Shown here: positions 8,522 to 17,918 of the stretch, in pieces
Layout: every line of letters begins with the position of its first letter
Numbering within the stretch: position 1 is the stretch's first letter
Origin: Oscillospiraceae bacterium
GTDB taxonomy: Bacteria; Bacillota; Clostridia; Oscillospirales; Ruminococcaceae
NCBI GenBank assembly: GCA_018380115.1
Contig: JAGZUF010000002.1
Span: forward strand, 110,281-174,280
Length of the DNA stretch: 64,000 nucleotides
Direction of reading: 5' to 3'
Made by a program: the position numbers and the translations under genes
The notes under the pieces: model-generated
What the model saw: only the letters and a program-made list of their open reading frames with translations
Told to the model about the DNA's origin: nothing
The model's database searches: none

Positions 8522-9163
8522 TCAGCCCTCCTCTACCCCAAGCTGGTGTTTTGCCGCCGTGACAAAGCCGCGCCACAGCGCCACAAGCACCGCCAAGAAA
8601 ATGAACCCGCCGCTGGGCAGCGCGGCAATGGGCAGGATGGGCTTCTGGAACACCACCATACCGTACAGCGTGCCCGCGCCAATCACTTCGCGCAGCCCGC
8701 CTACTATCAGCATCACCAGCACATAGCCGATGCTGGTGATGACGCCCTTGCGCAGAGCCGTGCCCACGCGCTCACGCTGCGGGCGCTCGTACCGCTTCAA
8801 AATAATGGGGTCTGCCGCCAGAAGAGGCAGATACAGCCCCAGGGGGGCAATGTCCGTAGCGGGGAAAAGCTGTCCCACGCACCAGCGCACCCCCACATAG
8901 ATAAGCGCTGCGCTGAACGCATAGGTCAGCCCGCGGAAGCGGAAATAGGAAAAACGGCTTAAAAGCGCCGCCAGGATGCGCGTGGGCGTAAGCAGAAGCA
9001 AAACGGCCACGCCCAGAATCACCGCGTTCTTCAGGCTGGTGGCCGCCACCACCAGAGGCGCCAGGCCAAGGCCCTGCATCACAACCGGGTTGTTCAAGAA
9101 CACGCGGTCGCGCTTTATTTTCCTGCGCAGCTCTTCCGAGCGCCTGCGCTCTTCATTTGTCAT
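8522..9163 (-). CDS. rnfE: RnfE/RsxE (NqrD-like) membrane subunit
   Basis: Alignable to RnfE (NNPVVMQGLGLAPLVVAATSLKNA… LPLLAADPIIL…). ATGA overlap with the rnfD stop. Confidence 0.8.
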   Translation of the reverse strand: MTNEERRRSEELRRKIKRDRVFLNNPVVMQGLGLAPLVVAATSLKNAVILGVAVLLLLTPTRILAALLSRFSYFRFRGLTYAFSAALIYVGVRWCVGQLFPATDIAPLGLYLPLLAADPIILKRYERPQRERVGTALRKGVITSIGYVLVMLIVGGLREVIGAGTLYGMVVFQKPILPIAALPSGGFIFLAVLVALWRGFVTAAKHQLGVEEG

Positions 9164-10149
9164 CGCGCTGCGCCCCCTTTCCCACGTCGGCGTGAGGCGA
9201 ACAGCCTGTCCAGAAAGCCGGTCAGCGCATTTACGCCCAGCACGGCAAAGCACACGCTGTTGTCGTAAGTGCCGAAATAGCGGAACATCATGGCCATAAA
9301 GCCCATCAGCACCCCATAGGCGAAGTGCGCCTTTGTCACCCGCGGGCGGGTGACGGGCTCGTTCACAAGAAACACCCCGGCAAACAGCAGCGTGCCGGTG
9401 AGCAGCTCATATTTTACAGACTGGTAACGCAGGTACAGCTCCTGCCAGGGCCAGGCAAAGCCCACATTGCCGACACGCGGGAAGAAAAACGCCACACACA
9501 CAACGGCAAGGAAAAAGCCTGCGGGAATAGACAACGTAATATCCCGCCGCACCCACAGATACAGTGCGCAGGCAATAATCACCAGCACCGCCGTGGTGCC
9601 GATGGCGCCCGCGTAGTTTCCCAGCACAAGGTCCAGCGCGCGCAGGTTGGGCGTGCCGCCCGCGCGCAGCGCCATGGCGGGCGATTCCACCAGTGTGGCG
9701 TTCTGCGTGCTGGCAATGGTGAGTTGTGTAAAGGGCGCCGGGTAACGAAATACCTGCTGCGGCCAGCTTTCCGCAACCACAGCATAGCCCAGTGCCGAGG
9801 GGTTGAAGGGGTATTCGCCCCAGCCTCCGAACGCTTCTTTTCCCAGCACCACGCCCACGGCCACAGCTACCACCACAATATAATAGCTTACCGAAGCGGG
9901 CAGCATCATGGTGGTGACAAGCGCCATGGGGATACTGGAATTCTCGGCCGAATCGTGTGTGCGGCCGCGCATCCACGCCGTGAGGTGGTCGCACGCCACA
10001 GCTGTGGCCACCGCCACGCAGCACATCACGGCGGGCCGCCCGCCGTACAGATAACAGGCTACCACCAGCAGCGGCAGCATCATGAAGATGATGTCACGGT
10101 TTGCCTCGCGCGCGGGCGGCGCGCTGGGCAGGCTGTAAGTACCGTTCAT
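9160..10149 (-). CDS. rnfD: RnfD/RsxD (NqrB-like) membrane subunit
   Basis: 329 aa; the EYPFNPSALGYAVV block matches the NqrB/RnfD family. Sits 18 bp downstream of rpe. Confidence 0.8.
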   Translation of the reverse strand: MNGTYSLPSAPPAREANRDIIFMMLPLLVVACYLYGGRPAVMCCVAVATAVACDHLTAWMRGRTHDSAENSSIPMALVTTMMLPASVSYYIVVVAVAVGVVLGKEAFGGWGEYPFNPSALGYAVVAESWPQQVFRYPAPFTQLTIASTQNATLVESPAMALRAGGTPNLRALDLVLGNYAGAIGTTAVLVIIACALYLWVRRDITLSIPAGFFLAVVCVAFFFPRVGNVGFAWPWQELYLRYQSVKYELLTGTLLFAGVFLVNEPVTRPRVTKAHFAYGVLMGFMAMMFRYFGTYDNSVCFAVLGVNALTGFLDRLFASRRRGKGGAAR

Positions 10150-10167
10150 CGTGTCGCCTCTTTCCGG

Positions 10168-10836
10168 TCAGATTTTTGCCGCCTCACAGGCGGCGCGCAG
10201 GGCCTTTACAGCAGCGGCAGGGTCCTGGGCGCCGAACACGGCGCTACCCGCCACCAGCGCGTTTGCGCCTGCGGCGGCACACTGGGCGCCTGTCGCCTCA
10301 TTGATGCCGCCGTCCACCTCCAGAATAAGCCTCTCTTTTCCATGCGCAGCCGCCGCACTGTGCAGAAAGCGCAGCTTGTCCAGCGCCTGCGGCATGAATT
10401 TCTGGCCGCCGAAGCCGGGCTCCACGCTCATTACCAGCACAAGGTCCAGCTCGTCCAGATACGGCAGCACTGCCTCGGGCGAGGTTGCCGGCTTGATAGA
10501 AAGCCCGGCCAGCACGCCCTGTGCGCGGATGGCCCGCAGCGTCTGGCGCACATCACTTTTTGCTTCCAGATGAAAGGTGACCGCGTTTGCCCCCGCCTTT
10601 ACAAACTGGGGCACATAGTCCAGCGGGCGCTCTATCATCAGATGAACATCATAAAATGCCCTCACCTCTTTGGCAAGTCCCGCCAGCACGGGAATGCCCA
10701 GCGAGATATTTGGCACAAACATGCCGTCCATCACATCTACATGCAGCATATCTGCCCCAGCCTGCACCACACGGCGGCAGCTTTCACCAAGCCTTGCGAA
10801 ATCTGCCGACAGGATGGAAGGTGATATCCGTATCAT
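10168..10836 (-). CDS. rpe: Ribulose-phosphate 3-epimerase
   Basis: MIRISPSILSADFARLG…HVDVMDG…MSVEPGFGGQKF…EVDGGI, a near-canonical Rpe. Confidence 0.9.
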   Translation of the reverse strand: MIRISPSILSADFARLGESCRRVVQAGADMLHVDVMDGMFVPNISLGIPVLAGLAKEVRAFYDVHLMIERPLDYVPQFVKAGANAVTFHLEAKSDVRQTLRAIRAQGVLAGLSIKPATSPEAVLPYLDELDLVLVMSVEPGFGGQKFMPQALDKLRFLHSAAAAHGKERLILEVDGGINEATGAQCAAAGANALVAGSAVFGAQDPAAAVKALRAACEAAKI

Positions 10837-10950
10837 ATTTTGCGCGCCCCGCTTTCCCATTGTTTCAAAATTTCCGGCTGCCGCGCACAAAGGGGCGCTG
10901 CAGGCCATTTTTGTATTGTACCGCATCTGCCGCAGAAAAGCAAACTCGCT

Positions 10951-12153
10951 TCAGCCATCTTCAAGGCTCTCTACCAGCACGGCATCCACCTCTATGATGC
11001 TGCCGCTGCCGTATTTCTGCACCTTCAGATGCACTGTTTCCCCCAGCTTGTGGCCCTGCACCACCGCGGTCAGGTCTGCCGTGGTCTTCATCACCTTGCC
11101 GTCCGCCTCGAGGATGATGTCGCCCACCGTCACGTCGCTGCGCACAAGGTCGCTGCCCGGCGCAAGCTCTGAGATATAAAGCCCCTGCGCGGGCAGGCCG
11201 TTGGGAGGGCCGTTCACGCTTGTGAGGGCGATGACGGTGACACCAAGCACCCCGCGGTCCCGCACATAGCCGTATGCAATCAGGTTTTCCGCCACCGGCT
11301 GCACGGTGCGCGTGGGAATGGCAAAGCAAATGCCCTCAAAAAAGGCGCTGTTCATGCGGGCTGAATTGATGCCCACCACCTGGCCGAAGCGGTTCACCAG
11401 CGCGCCGCCGGAATTGCCGGGGTTGATGGCCGCGTCTGTCTGAATAAGCGACATGGTGACATTGCGGCCGCCGAGGGTGACGGTGACCTCTCTGTCCAGC
11501 CCGGAGATGACGCCCTGAGTGACTGTCCCATCGAACTGCCCGGCGGCATTGCCGATGGCCACGGCGCGCTCACCCACAGTAAGCGCGCTGGAATCTCCGA
11601 ACTCCGCGGGCACAAGGCCCTCCCCGGCCACCTTTATCACGGCCAGGTCTGTCTTTTCGTCCACGCCTATCACGCGCGCGTTCATCTCGGTGCCGTCCTC
11701 AAACAGCACATTGATGCCCGACGCCCCCTCTACCACATGGGCGTTGGTGATGATGTAGCCGTCCTGTGTAAGCACCACGCCGCTGCCCATGGCAGACGGA
11801 GAAAGAGAATCCTGCTCGTAAACATGAATAGACACCACGCTGGGGGAAACGCGCTGAGCGATTTCGGCTGTGGTCAGCCCGCCGTCCGCCGTTTCGGGCA
11901 AATCGTGCAGCTGTATGGAAATGGGGGCCTCCGCCGAGGCATCAGGCCGGCGCGCCTGTGCGCCGCCAAGAAGGCGCGCCACCATGCCGCCCAGCGCCAC
12001 AATGGCCGCCAGAGCAAGGCACAGCAGCGTCACCGTCACACTCAGCGCCCACCGCGGCGTGCGGCGCGGCGGGGCACCCTGTGTGCCGCCTGCCTGTGCA
12101 GCCTCTTCACTGCACGCCTGCTGCATCTGTTCCGGCTCCATCCTCCATGCCAC
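10951..12153 (-). CDS. htrA: HtrA/DegP-family serine protease with PDZ domain (paralog 2), distal gene of the TCS operon
   Basis: TNAHVV / DLAVIKV / GNSGGAL triad; TM anchor; PDZ. The 5' end overlaps the histidine-kinase 3' end. An alternative start M at 12141 is possible. Confidence 0.9.
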   Translation of the reverse strand: MAWRMEPEQMQQACSEEAAQAGGTQGAPPRRTPRWALSVTVTLLCLALAAIVALGGMVARLLGGAQARRPDASAEAPISIQLHDLPETADGGLTTAEIAQRVSPSVVSIHVYEQDSLSPSAMGSGVVLTQDGYIITNAHVVEGASGINVLFEDGTEMNARVIGVDEKTDLAVIKVAGEGLVPAEFGDSSALTVGERAVAIGNAAGQFDGTVTQGVISGLDREVTVTLGGRNVTMSLIQTDAAINPGNSGGALVNRFGQVVGINSARMNSAFFEGICFAIPTRTVQPVAENLIAYGYVRDRGVLGVTVIALTSVNGPPNGLPAQGLYISELAPGSDLVRSDVTVGDIILEADGKVMKTTADLTAVVQGHKLGETVHLKVQKYGSGSIIEVDAVLVESLEDG

Positions 12154-13636
12154 CCTTCTGCCTTTCCGGCCATGCTTTTTCCTTCTCGCCTTTTTCTTTG
12201 CGCTTTTGCAGCTTCTGGCCTGCAGGAAGCGTAAACAGAAATTCTGTGTATTCGCCCGCCTTGCTTGCAGCCCATATCTTACCGCCGGACAAATTCACCA
12301 GCACCTTGCAGATATGCAGGCCAAGCCCTGCGCCAGAGGTATTCAGCCCGCGGCTTTTATCCTCTTTATAAAAACGGTCGAACACATGGGGTAGCGCCTC
12401 CGGCGCGATGCCCTCGCCCGTATTGCGCACCGCTACGGTGACAAAGCCCTTGCCCTGCGTGACAGAAAAGCGTATTTCGCCGCCCACACCACAGAACTTG
12501 ATGGCATTGTCCACAAGATTGTATACCACCTGATATACAAGGTCTTCATCGGCATATACCATCGTCTTTGACGGTGCGAAGCCTGTAATCTGGATGCTGT
12601 TTGCCTCAATGCGCTGCTCGGCGGCAAACACCACGCCCGTGATAGTCTGCCAGATATCATAGCTGTGCGCATTCACCTTGTATTCGCCCGCCTCAAGCTT
12701 TGTGATGTCCAGCATATTCTTGATAAGCCGCGTCAGGCGGCCCACCTCCTGCGAGACGATTTCCAGATAATGCTGGTGGCTTTCGGGCGGAATGGTGCCG
12801 TCCAGCATGCCGTCGACAAACCCTTTTACTGTCGTCATGGGCGTGCGTAGCTCATGCGCGATATTGCCCATAAAGCTGTAGCGCGAAGAATCTATCTTCT
12901 CCAGATTTTCCGCCATGCGGTTAAACGTGGCGGCAAGCTGCGCCACCTCATCGTCGCCCTCCACCGGCACGCGGGCGGCAAAATCTCCATCGCCAAACTT
13001 CTGCGCCGCGTCGGAGATGCGGCGCAATGGTGTTGTCATATGCGAGGTGAGCACAATGGAAAGCACGCTGGATACCAGCAGCATCAGCCCGGCGGAAAGA
13101 ATGAACATGGAAAACAGGTTCGCAATGTACTCATTCAGCCGCCGCGCGTCAGAGGACGCAAAGGCATAGCCGCTGGCCCCGTTCTCTCCAATGGGCTTGC
13201 AGGCTACATAATGGCGCGTGCTGAACAGCCCGTCCAGTGTGCCAAGCTCAGTATAGGTGCCGCGCTTCGCGGCACTGGCCAGCACGCGGGATGAAATGGA
13301 CTGCCCCAGGTAGTTTTCTTCCTGCCCCTGGGTGCTGCACACCACCACCACGCCGTCTGCGTCCGTCAGAAATATCTGCCCGCCGGAGGCGCGCGCCGTA
13401 ATCAGTATCTCGCGCTTGATATCCTCCACTGTTTCCTCGTCCCCGGGCGCGGCGCTGCCGCCCGCCTCCTGCAGGATACGGATGGTGTTGTCCACTGTGG
13501 CCAGCAGGTTGTCGTCATTTTCCGTGCGGAAGTAGCCCATAGCCAGATACATCTGGATGAACCACATCAGCGCCACACCGCACACCAGCAGAAATGCCGT
13601 GGAATAGAAATAGCGCGTGGTAATGCTTTTTCTCAC
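12107..13636 (-). CDS. Sensor histidine kinase (two TM helices, HAMP, HisKA, HATPase_c), CssS-like
   Basis: H-box HELRTPMTTVKGF; N/G boxes DNAIKF…GAGLGLHICK; Lys/Glu-rich C-terminal tail. Confidence 0.9.
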   Translation of the reverse strand: MRKSITTRYFYSTAFLLVCGVALMWFIQMYLAMGYFRTENDDNLLATVDNTIRILQEAGGSAAPGDEETVEDIKREILITARASGGQIFLTDADGVVVVCSTQGQEENYLGQSISSRVLASAAKRGTYTELGTLDGLFSTRHYVACKPIGENGASGYAFASSDARRLNEYIANLFSMFILSAGLMLLVSSVLSIVLTSHMTTPLRRISDAAQKFGDGDFAARVPVEGDDEVAQLAATFNRMAENLEKIDSSRYSFMGNIAHELRTPMTTVKGFVDGMLDGTIPPESHQHYLEIVSQEVGRLTRLIKNMLDITKLEAGEYKVNAHSYDIWQTITGVVFAAEQRIEANSIQITGFAPSKTMVYADEDLVYQVVYNLVDNAIKFCGVGGEIRFSVTQGKGFVTVAVRNTGEGIAPEALPHVFDRFYKEDKSRGLNTSGAGLGLHICKVLVNLSGGKIWAASKAGEYTEFLFTLPAGQKLQKRKEKGEKEKAWPERQKGGMEDGAGTDAAGVQ

Positions 13637-13689
13637 CGGCCCGCGCCCCCCTTCCCCGGCGCACTGTGCCGCCGGATGTGCTGCAGAAT

Positions 13690-14379
13690 TCAGTCTTTCA
13701 CTTCAAATTTATAGCCCACGCCCCAAACGGTTTTCAGGCCCCATGCGTCTGAAGCGCCCTCCAGCTTTTCGCGCAGGCGCTTTACATGCACGTCGATGGT
13801 ACGGGAATCGCCGTAATATTCAAACCCCCACACCTCGTCCAGCAGCTGGTCGCGCGTGAACACGCGGTTGGGGTGGCTGGCAAGGTAATAAAGCAGCTCC
13901 AGCTCTTTGGGCGGTGCCTCCACCGTTTTGCCCTTTACCTTCAGCTCATAGCGCGCCAAGTCCACCGAGAGGTTGTCATAGGTGATGAGCCCCTCGCGCG
14001 TCTGCTCTGCCGGCGCGCAGCGGCGCAGCACCGCCTTGATGCGCGCCACCACCTCTTTGGAATCGAACGGCTTCACCACATAGTCGTCGGCGCCAAGCTC
14101 CAGCCCCAGCACCTTGTCGAACGTCTCGCCCTTGGCCGTAAGCATAATCACCGGCGTGCTGCCCCTTTCCCGTATTTTGCGGCAAACTTCCCAGCCGTCC
14201 ATTTTCGGCATCATCACGTCCAGCAAAACAAGGTTCGGCTTCTCACGCTCGAACGCCTCGAACGCAGCCTCGCCGTCATACGCCTGCGTGACGGCGTACC
14301 CCTCTTTCTCCAGATACAGCCGCAGCAGCTCACAGATATTTTTGTCATCATCTACAATCAGAATCTTTTCGCCCGCCAT
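13690..14379 (-). CDS. OmpR-family response regulator, CssR-like
   Basis: Receiver domain (ILIVDDD…LLDVMMPKMDG) plus winged-helix domain. GGGAGG RBS before the ATG at 14379. The longer ORF-track N-terminus lacks an RBS. Confidence 0.9.
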   Translation of the reverse strand: MAGEKILIVDDDKNICELLRLYLEKEGYAVTQAYDGEAAFEAFEREKPNLVLLDVMMPKMDGWEVCRKIRERGSTPVIMLTAKGETFDKVLGLELGADDYVVKPFDSKEVVARIKAVLRRCAPAEQTREGLITYDNLSVDLARYELKVKGKTVEAPPKELELLYYLASHPNRVFTRDQLLDEVWGFEYYGDSRTIDVHVKRLREKLEGASDAWGLKTVWGVGYKFEVKD

Positions 14380-14894
14380 GCCATCGCCTCCCTTTTCCGG
14401 CATACCCCGCGCACCTGGCGCAGAGCATAAGGCCCCATGTGTTGTCAAAATCCCTCAGTATCCGTGTGCAATGACGAGCCGCAGCTCCCACCCTCGCGGC
14501 AAAGCCCGCGGCCGCGTATCACCCGCCCTGCTTTCCGCCAGAAAAGCTGCGCCGCCCGCCCTGCCGCATGCCCCGCTGCACGGCGAAAGCTCAAAAGCCC
14601 TTTCGCAGCACCAGCGGAACGGCGGCAGAGGCTGTCCCGCCTGCAAGGCAGGCCGGCTTCCCCTTTCCCGCAAGGCAGGCGCCGCCTGCGGCAATATGCG
14701 GCGACCGGGCCTGTGCGCCCAGCCGGCGCAGTGAGAAACAGACATGCCTCTTGCGCACTGATGCTTTCATTATACACGATAATTGTGTACAAAAAAAGTA
14801 TTTCTGCCGTTTCGCGCCCAGAGCTACCGGTTGCGCGCAGGCCCTGCTTTGTTTATAATAGAAAGGAACATCATCGGAAAAGAGGAGCAATGTT

Positions 14895-16004
14895 ATGAAA
14901 CTGGGCATTCTGGGGCTTCCAAATGTGGGTAAATCCACCTTGTTCAACGCCATCACCAACGCCGGGGCCGGGGCAGCGAATTACCCGTTCTGCACCATCG
15001 AGCCCAACGTGGGCGTGGTGCCCGTGCCGGACGCAAGGCTGGACAAGCTGGCCGAAATATGGCAGACCAATAAGAAAACGCCCGCCATTGTCGAGTTTGT
15101 GGATATTGCAGGCCTTGTAAAGGGCGCCTCGAAGGGCGAGGGCCTAGGCAATAAATTTCTTGGCAATATCCGCGAATGTGACGCGCTTGTGCATGTGGTG
15201 CGCTGTTTTGACGGCACAGACATCGTACATGTGGAGGGCAGTGTGGACCCTGTGCGCGATATCGAAACCATCGACACCGAGCTCATCCTGAGCGATTTGG
15301 AGGTGGTGGAAAACCGCCTTGCAAAAATGGAAAAGGCCGGCAAAACAGGTGATAAAAAGGCCGCGGCCGCGGCCGCCTGGCTGGCTCCGCTTGCTGGGCA
15401 TCTGGGCCAGGGCAAAAACGCCCGCACCTTCGCCTTCGATGAAGAGGATGATGAACAGACGGCCATGGTGCGCGAGATGGGCCTGCTGACCAAAAAGCCC
15501 ATCATCTACGCCGCCAACATGAGTGAGGACGACCTTCTGGGCGGCATGCAGGAAAACCCGCACTACCAGACGGTGAAAAAGCTGGCCGGTGCCGAGGGGG
15601 CAAGGTGTATTCCCATCTGCGCCAAAACCGAGGAGGATATCGCCGATTATTCCCCCGAAGACAAAAAGGCCTTTCTGGCTGAAATGGGCATCGAGGCTAC
15701 CGGTCTTGACAACCTCATTCAGGCCAGTTACAGCCTGCTGGGGCTCATCAGCTTCCTGACGGACGGCAAGAAGGAATGCCGTGCATGGACCATCCGCGCA
15801 GGCACCAAGGCCCCGCAGGCCGCGGGCAAGATACACTCCGATTTCGAGCGCGGCTTCATCCGCGCATCGGTGGTTGCCTATGACGATTTCGCCGCGTGCG
15901 ATTTCAGCATGGCCGCCGTAAAGGCAAAGGGCCTGCAGCGCACCGAGGGAAAGGAATATGTGGTGAAGGACGGCGATATCATTGAATTCCTGTTCAATGT
16001 ATGA
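14895..16004 (+). CDS. ychF: Ribosome-binding ATPase YchF (Obg-family GTPase)
   Basis: G1 GLPNVGKST; TGS domain C-terminus KDGDIIEFLFNV. Strong RBS. Confidence 0.95.
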   Translation: MKLGILGLPNVGKSTLFNAITNAGAGAANYPFCTIEPNVGVVPVPDARLDKLAEIWQTNKKTPAIVEFVDIAGLVKGASKGEGLGNKFLGNIRECDALVHVVRCFDGTDIVHVEGSVDPVRDIETIDTELILSDLEVVENRLAKMEKAGKTGDKKAAAAAAWLAPLAGHLGQGKNARTFAFDEEDDEQTAMVREMGLLTKKPIIYAANMSEDDLLGGMQENPHYQTVKKLAGAEGARCIPICAKTEEDIADYSPEDKKAFLAEMGIEATGLDNLIQASYSLLGLISFLTDGKKECRAWTIRAGTKAPQAAGKIHSDFERGFIRASVVAYDDFAACDFSMAAVKAKGLQRTEGKEYVVKDGDIIEFLFNV

Positions 16005-16039
16005 TTGCTTTTTACACCTCTGAAAGACAGGAGTACGGT

Positions 16040-16729
16040 ATGGACAATATCATCGGCCTGATGGGCGCCATGGAGGACGAAATCGCCCCCCTGGCGGCCT
16101 GTATGGAAGCAAAAGAAAACATCACCCTCGGCGGCATCACCTTTACCAGCGGCCTTCTGGGCGGCAAAAAAACGGTGCTGTGCTGCGCCGGGGTAGGCAA
16201 GGCACAGGCTGCGGCTGCCACACAGCTGCTGTGCACCCACTTCGGCGCCACGGCTATTGTTTTTTCCGGCATCGCCGGCAACATGACGGACAAAATAGGC
16301 GTGGGCGACGTATGTTTGGGCGGCACGGTGGTCTACCACGATGGTGAGCCGCGCATGTTTGCCGAGACGTACCCGCACCTGCGGGAGTTCCATTCTGACG
16401 CTCGCCTGCTGGCCGCAGCCGCCTCAGCCTGCGAAGCGGCCGGGGTAAAGTATATCGTGGGCAAAATTGCCACCGGAGATCAGTTTGTGGGCGACGGGGC
16501 CACCAAGAAGGCCATTGCCGTAAAGTGCGCGCCCGACTGTGTGGAGATGGAGGGTGCAGCTGTGGCCCACATCGCGGCCAAAAACGGTGTGCCGTTCGTC
16601 ATTCTGCGCGCCATGAGCGACAATGCAGATGAAAACGCCTATGAAACGCTGGTGGTAAAAGATTTCGATGTGAGCGAATACTGCCGCACCGCCGCCAAAA
16701 TCAGTGCCGCTCTTATTGCGGCGCTGTGA
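16040..16729 (+). CDS. mtnN: 5'-methylthioadenosine/S-adenosylhomocysteine nucleosidase
   Basis: GLMGAMEDE…CCAGVGKAQAA…EMEGAAVA motifs of the Pfs/MtnN family. Confidence 0.9.
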   Translation: MDNIIGLMGAMEDEIAPLAACMEAKENITLGGITFTSGLLGGKKTVLCCAGVGKAQAAAATQLLCTHFGATAIVFSGIAGNMTDKIGVGDVCLGGTVVYHDGEPRMFAETYPHLREFHSDARLLAAAASACEAAGVKYIVGKIATGDQFVGDGATKKAIAVKCAPDCVEMEGAAVAHIAAKNGVPFVILRAMSDNADENAYETLVVKDFDVSEYCRTAAKISAALIAAL

Positions 16730-16742
16730 AAAAAGAATGAGA

Positions 16743-16775
16743 AAAGGCACAGCCCGGCAGGGCTGTGCCTTTTAT
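16743..16775. terminator. Bidirectional terminator between mtnN and the gntR-like gene
   Basis: AAAAGGCACAGCCCGGCAGGGCTGTGCCTTTT palindrome. Confidence 0.5.
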
Positions 16776-16816
16776 ATTTCTATTCGGCCGCCGGCCTGTA
16801 TCCCGGCCTCCATCAG

Positions 16817-17545
16817 CTAAGGGATATCGAATGCGTAGCGGCTGGCGACAATGAAGTTATCCGATACTGTCACAGGTGTGCCGTCTTCCAGCGTGAGGCA
16901 CGAGCGCATCTCAAACAGGGGCTCGCCCTCCGGCACAGCCAGAAGGCGGGCGTTTTCAGCATCCGCCCGCACCATCTCCAGATGGCAGGTGCGCGTGCCC
17001 GCAGGGCACAGGCCTTTTTTCCTCAAAAGGGGATACAGCGGGCCGTTCAGGTCTTCTTTTTGCAGAAAGGCATAGGCCTCATAAGGATACACGGCGTTTT
17101 CCACCATCACGGGCTCTCCGTCCGCCGTGAGCACGCGCTGCGTGTGCAGCACACGCGCCCCGCCGCCAAGGCTCAGCTGCTGCTGTTCTTCAGGCGTGGC
17201 CATACGCACTGCACAGGCCAGCAGACGGTGCGCAGGGCGCATGCCGCACTTTTCACACGCCTCCTGAAAACTCAGCACATTCACGATTTTGCGGTGGAGT
17301 TTCGGCCTGGAGACAAATGTCCCCTTGCCCTGCTTGCGCACAAGACAGCCCTGGCTGCACAGTTCATCCACTGCTGTGCGCACGGTGCGGCGGCTCACGC
17401 GGTAATGTTCCATCAGCTCCTGCTCGCTGGGCAGTTTATCGCCTGTTTTCAGCTCGCCTGCTTCTATCTTCTGCTTGATGCCCTCCAGAATCTGCCTGTA
17501 CAGCGGAATGGTAGACTGCCGCAAACGGCCCGCACTCTGTTCCAT
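16817..17545 (-). CDS. GntR-family (HutC subfamily, UTRA effector domain) transcriptional regulator
   Basis: N-terminal wHTH (LPSEQELMEHYRVSRRTVRTAVDEL) and a C-terminal UTRA-like domain. Divergent from the sugar locus. Confidence 0.85.
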   Translation of the reverse strand: MEQSAGRLRQSTIPLYRQILEGIKQKIEAGELKTGDKLPSEQELMEHYRVSRRTVRTAVDELCSQGCLVRKQGKGTFVSRPKLHRKIVNVLSFQEACEKCGMRPAHRLLACAVRMATPEEQQQLSLGGGARVLHTQRVLTADGEPVMVENAVYPYEAYAFLQKEDLNGPLYPLLRKKGLCPAGTRTCHLEMVRADAENARLLAVPEGEPLFEMRSCLTLEDGTPVTVSDNFIVASRYAFDIP

Positions 17546-17918
17546 ATTCTCGTTCCTTTTCCAAAAGTTCCCCAAAAACGGCAAGGCCTGCGCGCAAGGG
17601 GCTTTGCCGCCCCCCTGTGCCCTGGCTGCACTGTTTTGAAAATATCATAGCATACCCTTTATGGCTTTTCAAGAAATGCGCGGGCGCTCAAAGCACCTGT
17701 GCAAACAGTTTTTCTCTTTTTTCCGTCCGTCCTCTGCCGCAGGCCGTGATATTGCACAAAATGCGCCGTATATATTCGGGAATTCGCCCATTTCACTGTC
17801 GGTTGCTTGAAATAGCCGCGCCGTATAGCTATACTTATAACGTAACATAACGTCCTGTTTTGAAAAACTGCCGGCATCTGCTGCCGGGGCGTGATGAAGC
17901 GGAAAGGAATGATGTGGC

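Noticed and set aside
9325-10824. 499-aa plus-strand ORF
   Set aside because: It lies antisense to rnfD and rpe. It is rich in His/Arg/Gln with no domain signal and is an artefact of high GC.
12107-12153. Possible frameshifted kinase-HtrA fusion at the 46-nt overlap
   Set aside because: The kinase is complete through its HATPase G-boxes before the Lys/Glu tail, and HtrA has its own N-terminal TM anchor with an in-frame ATG at 12141. It is a simple overlap or alternative start, not a fusion.
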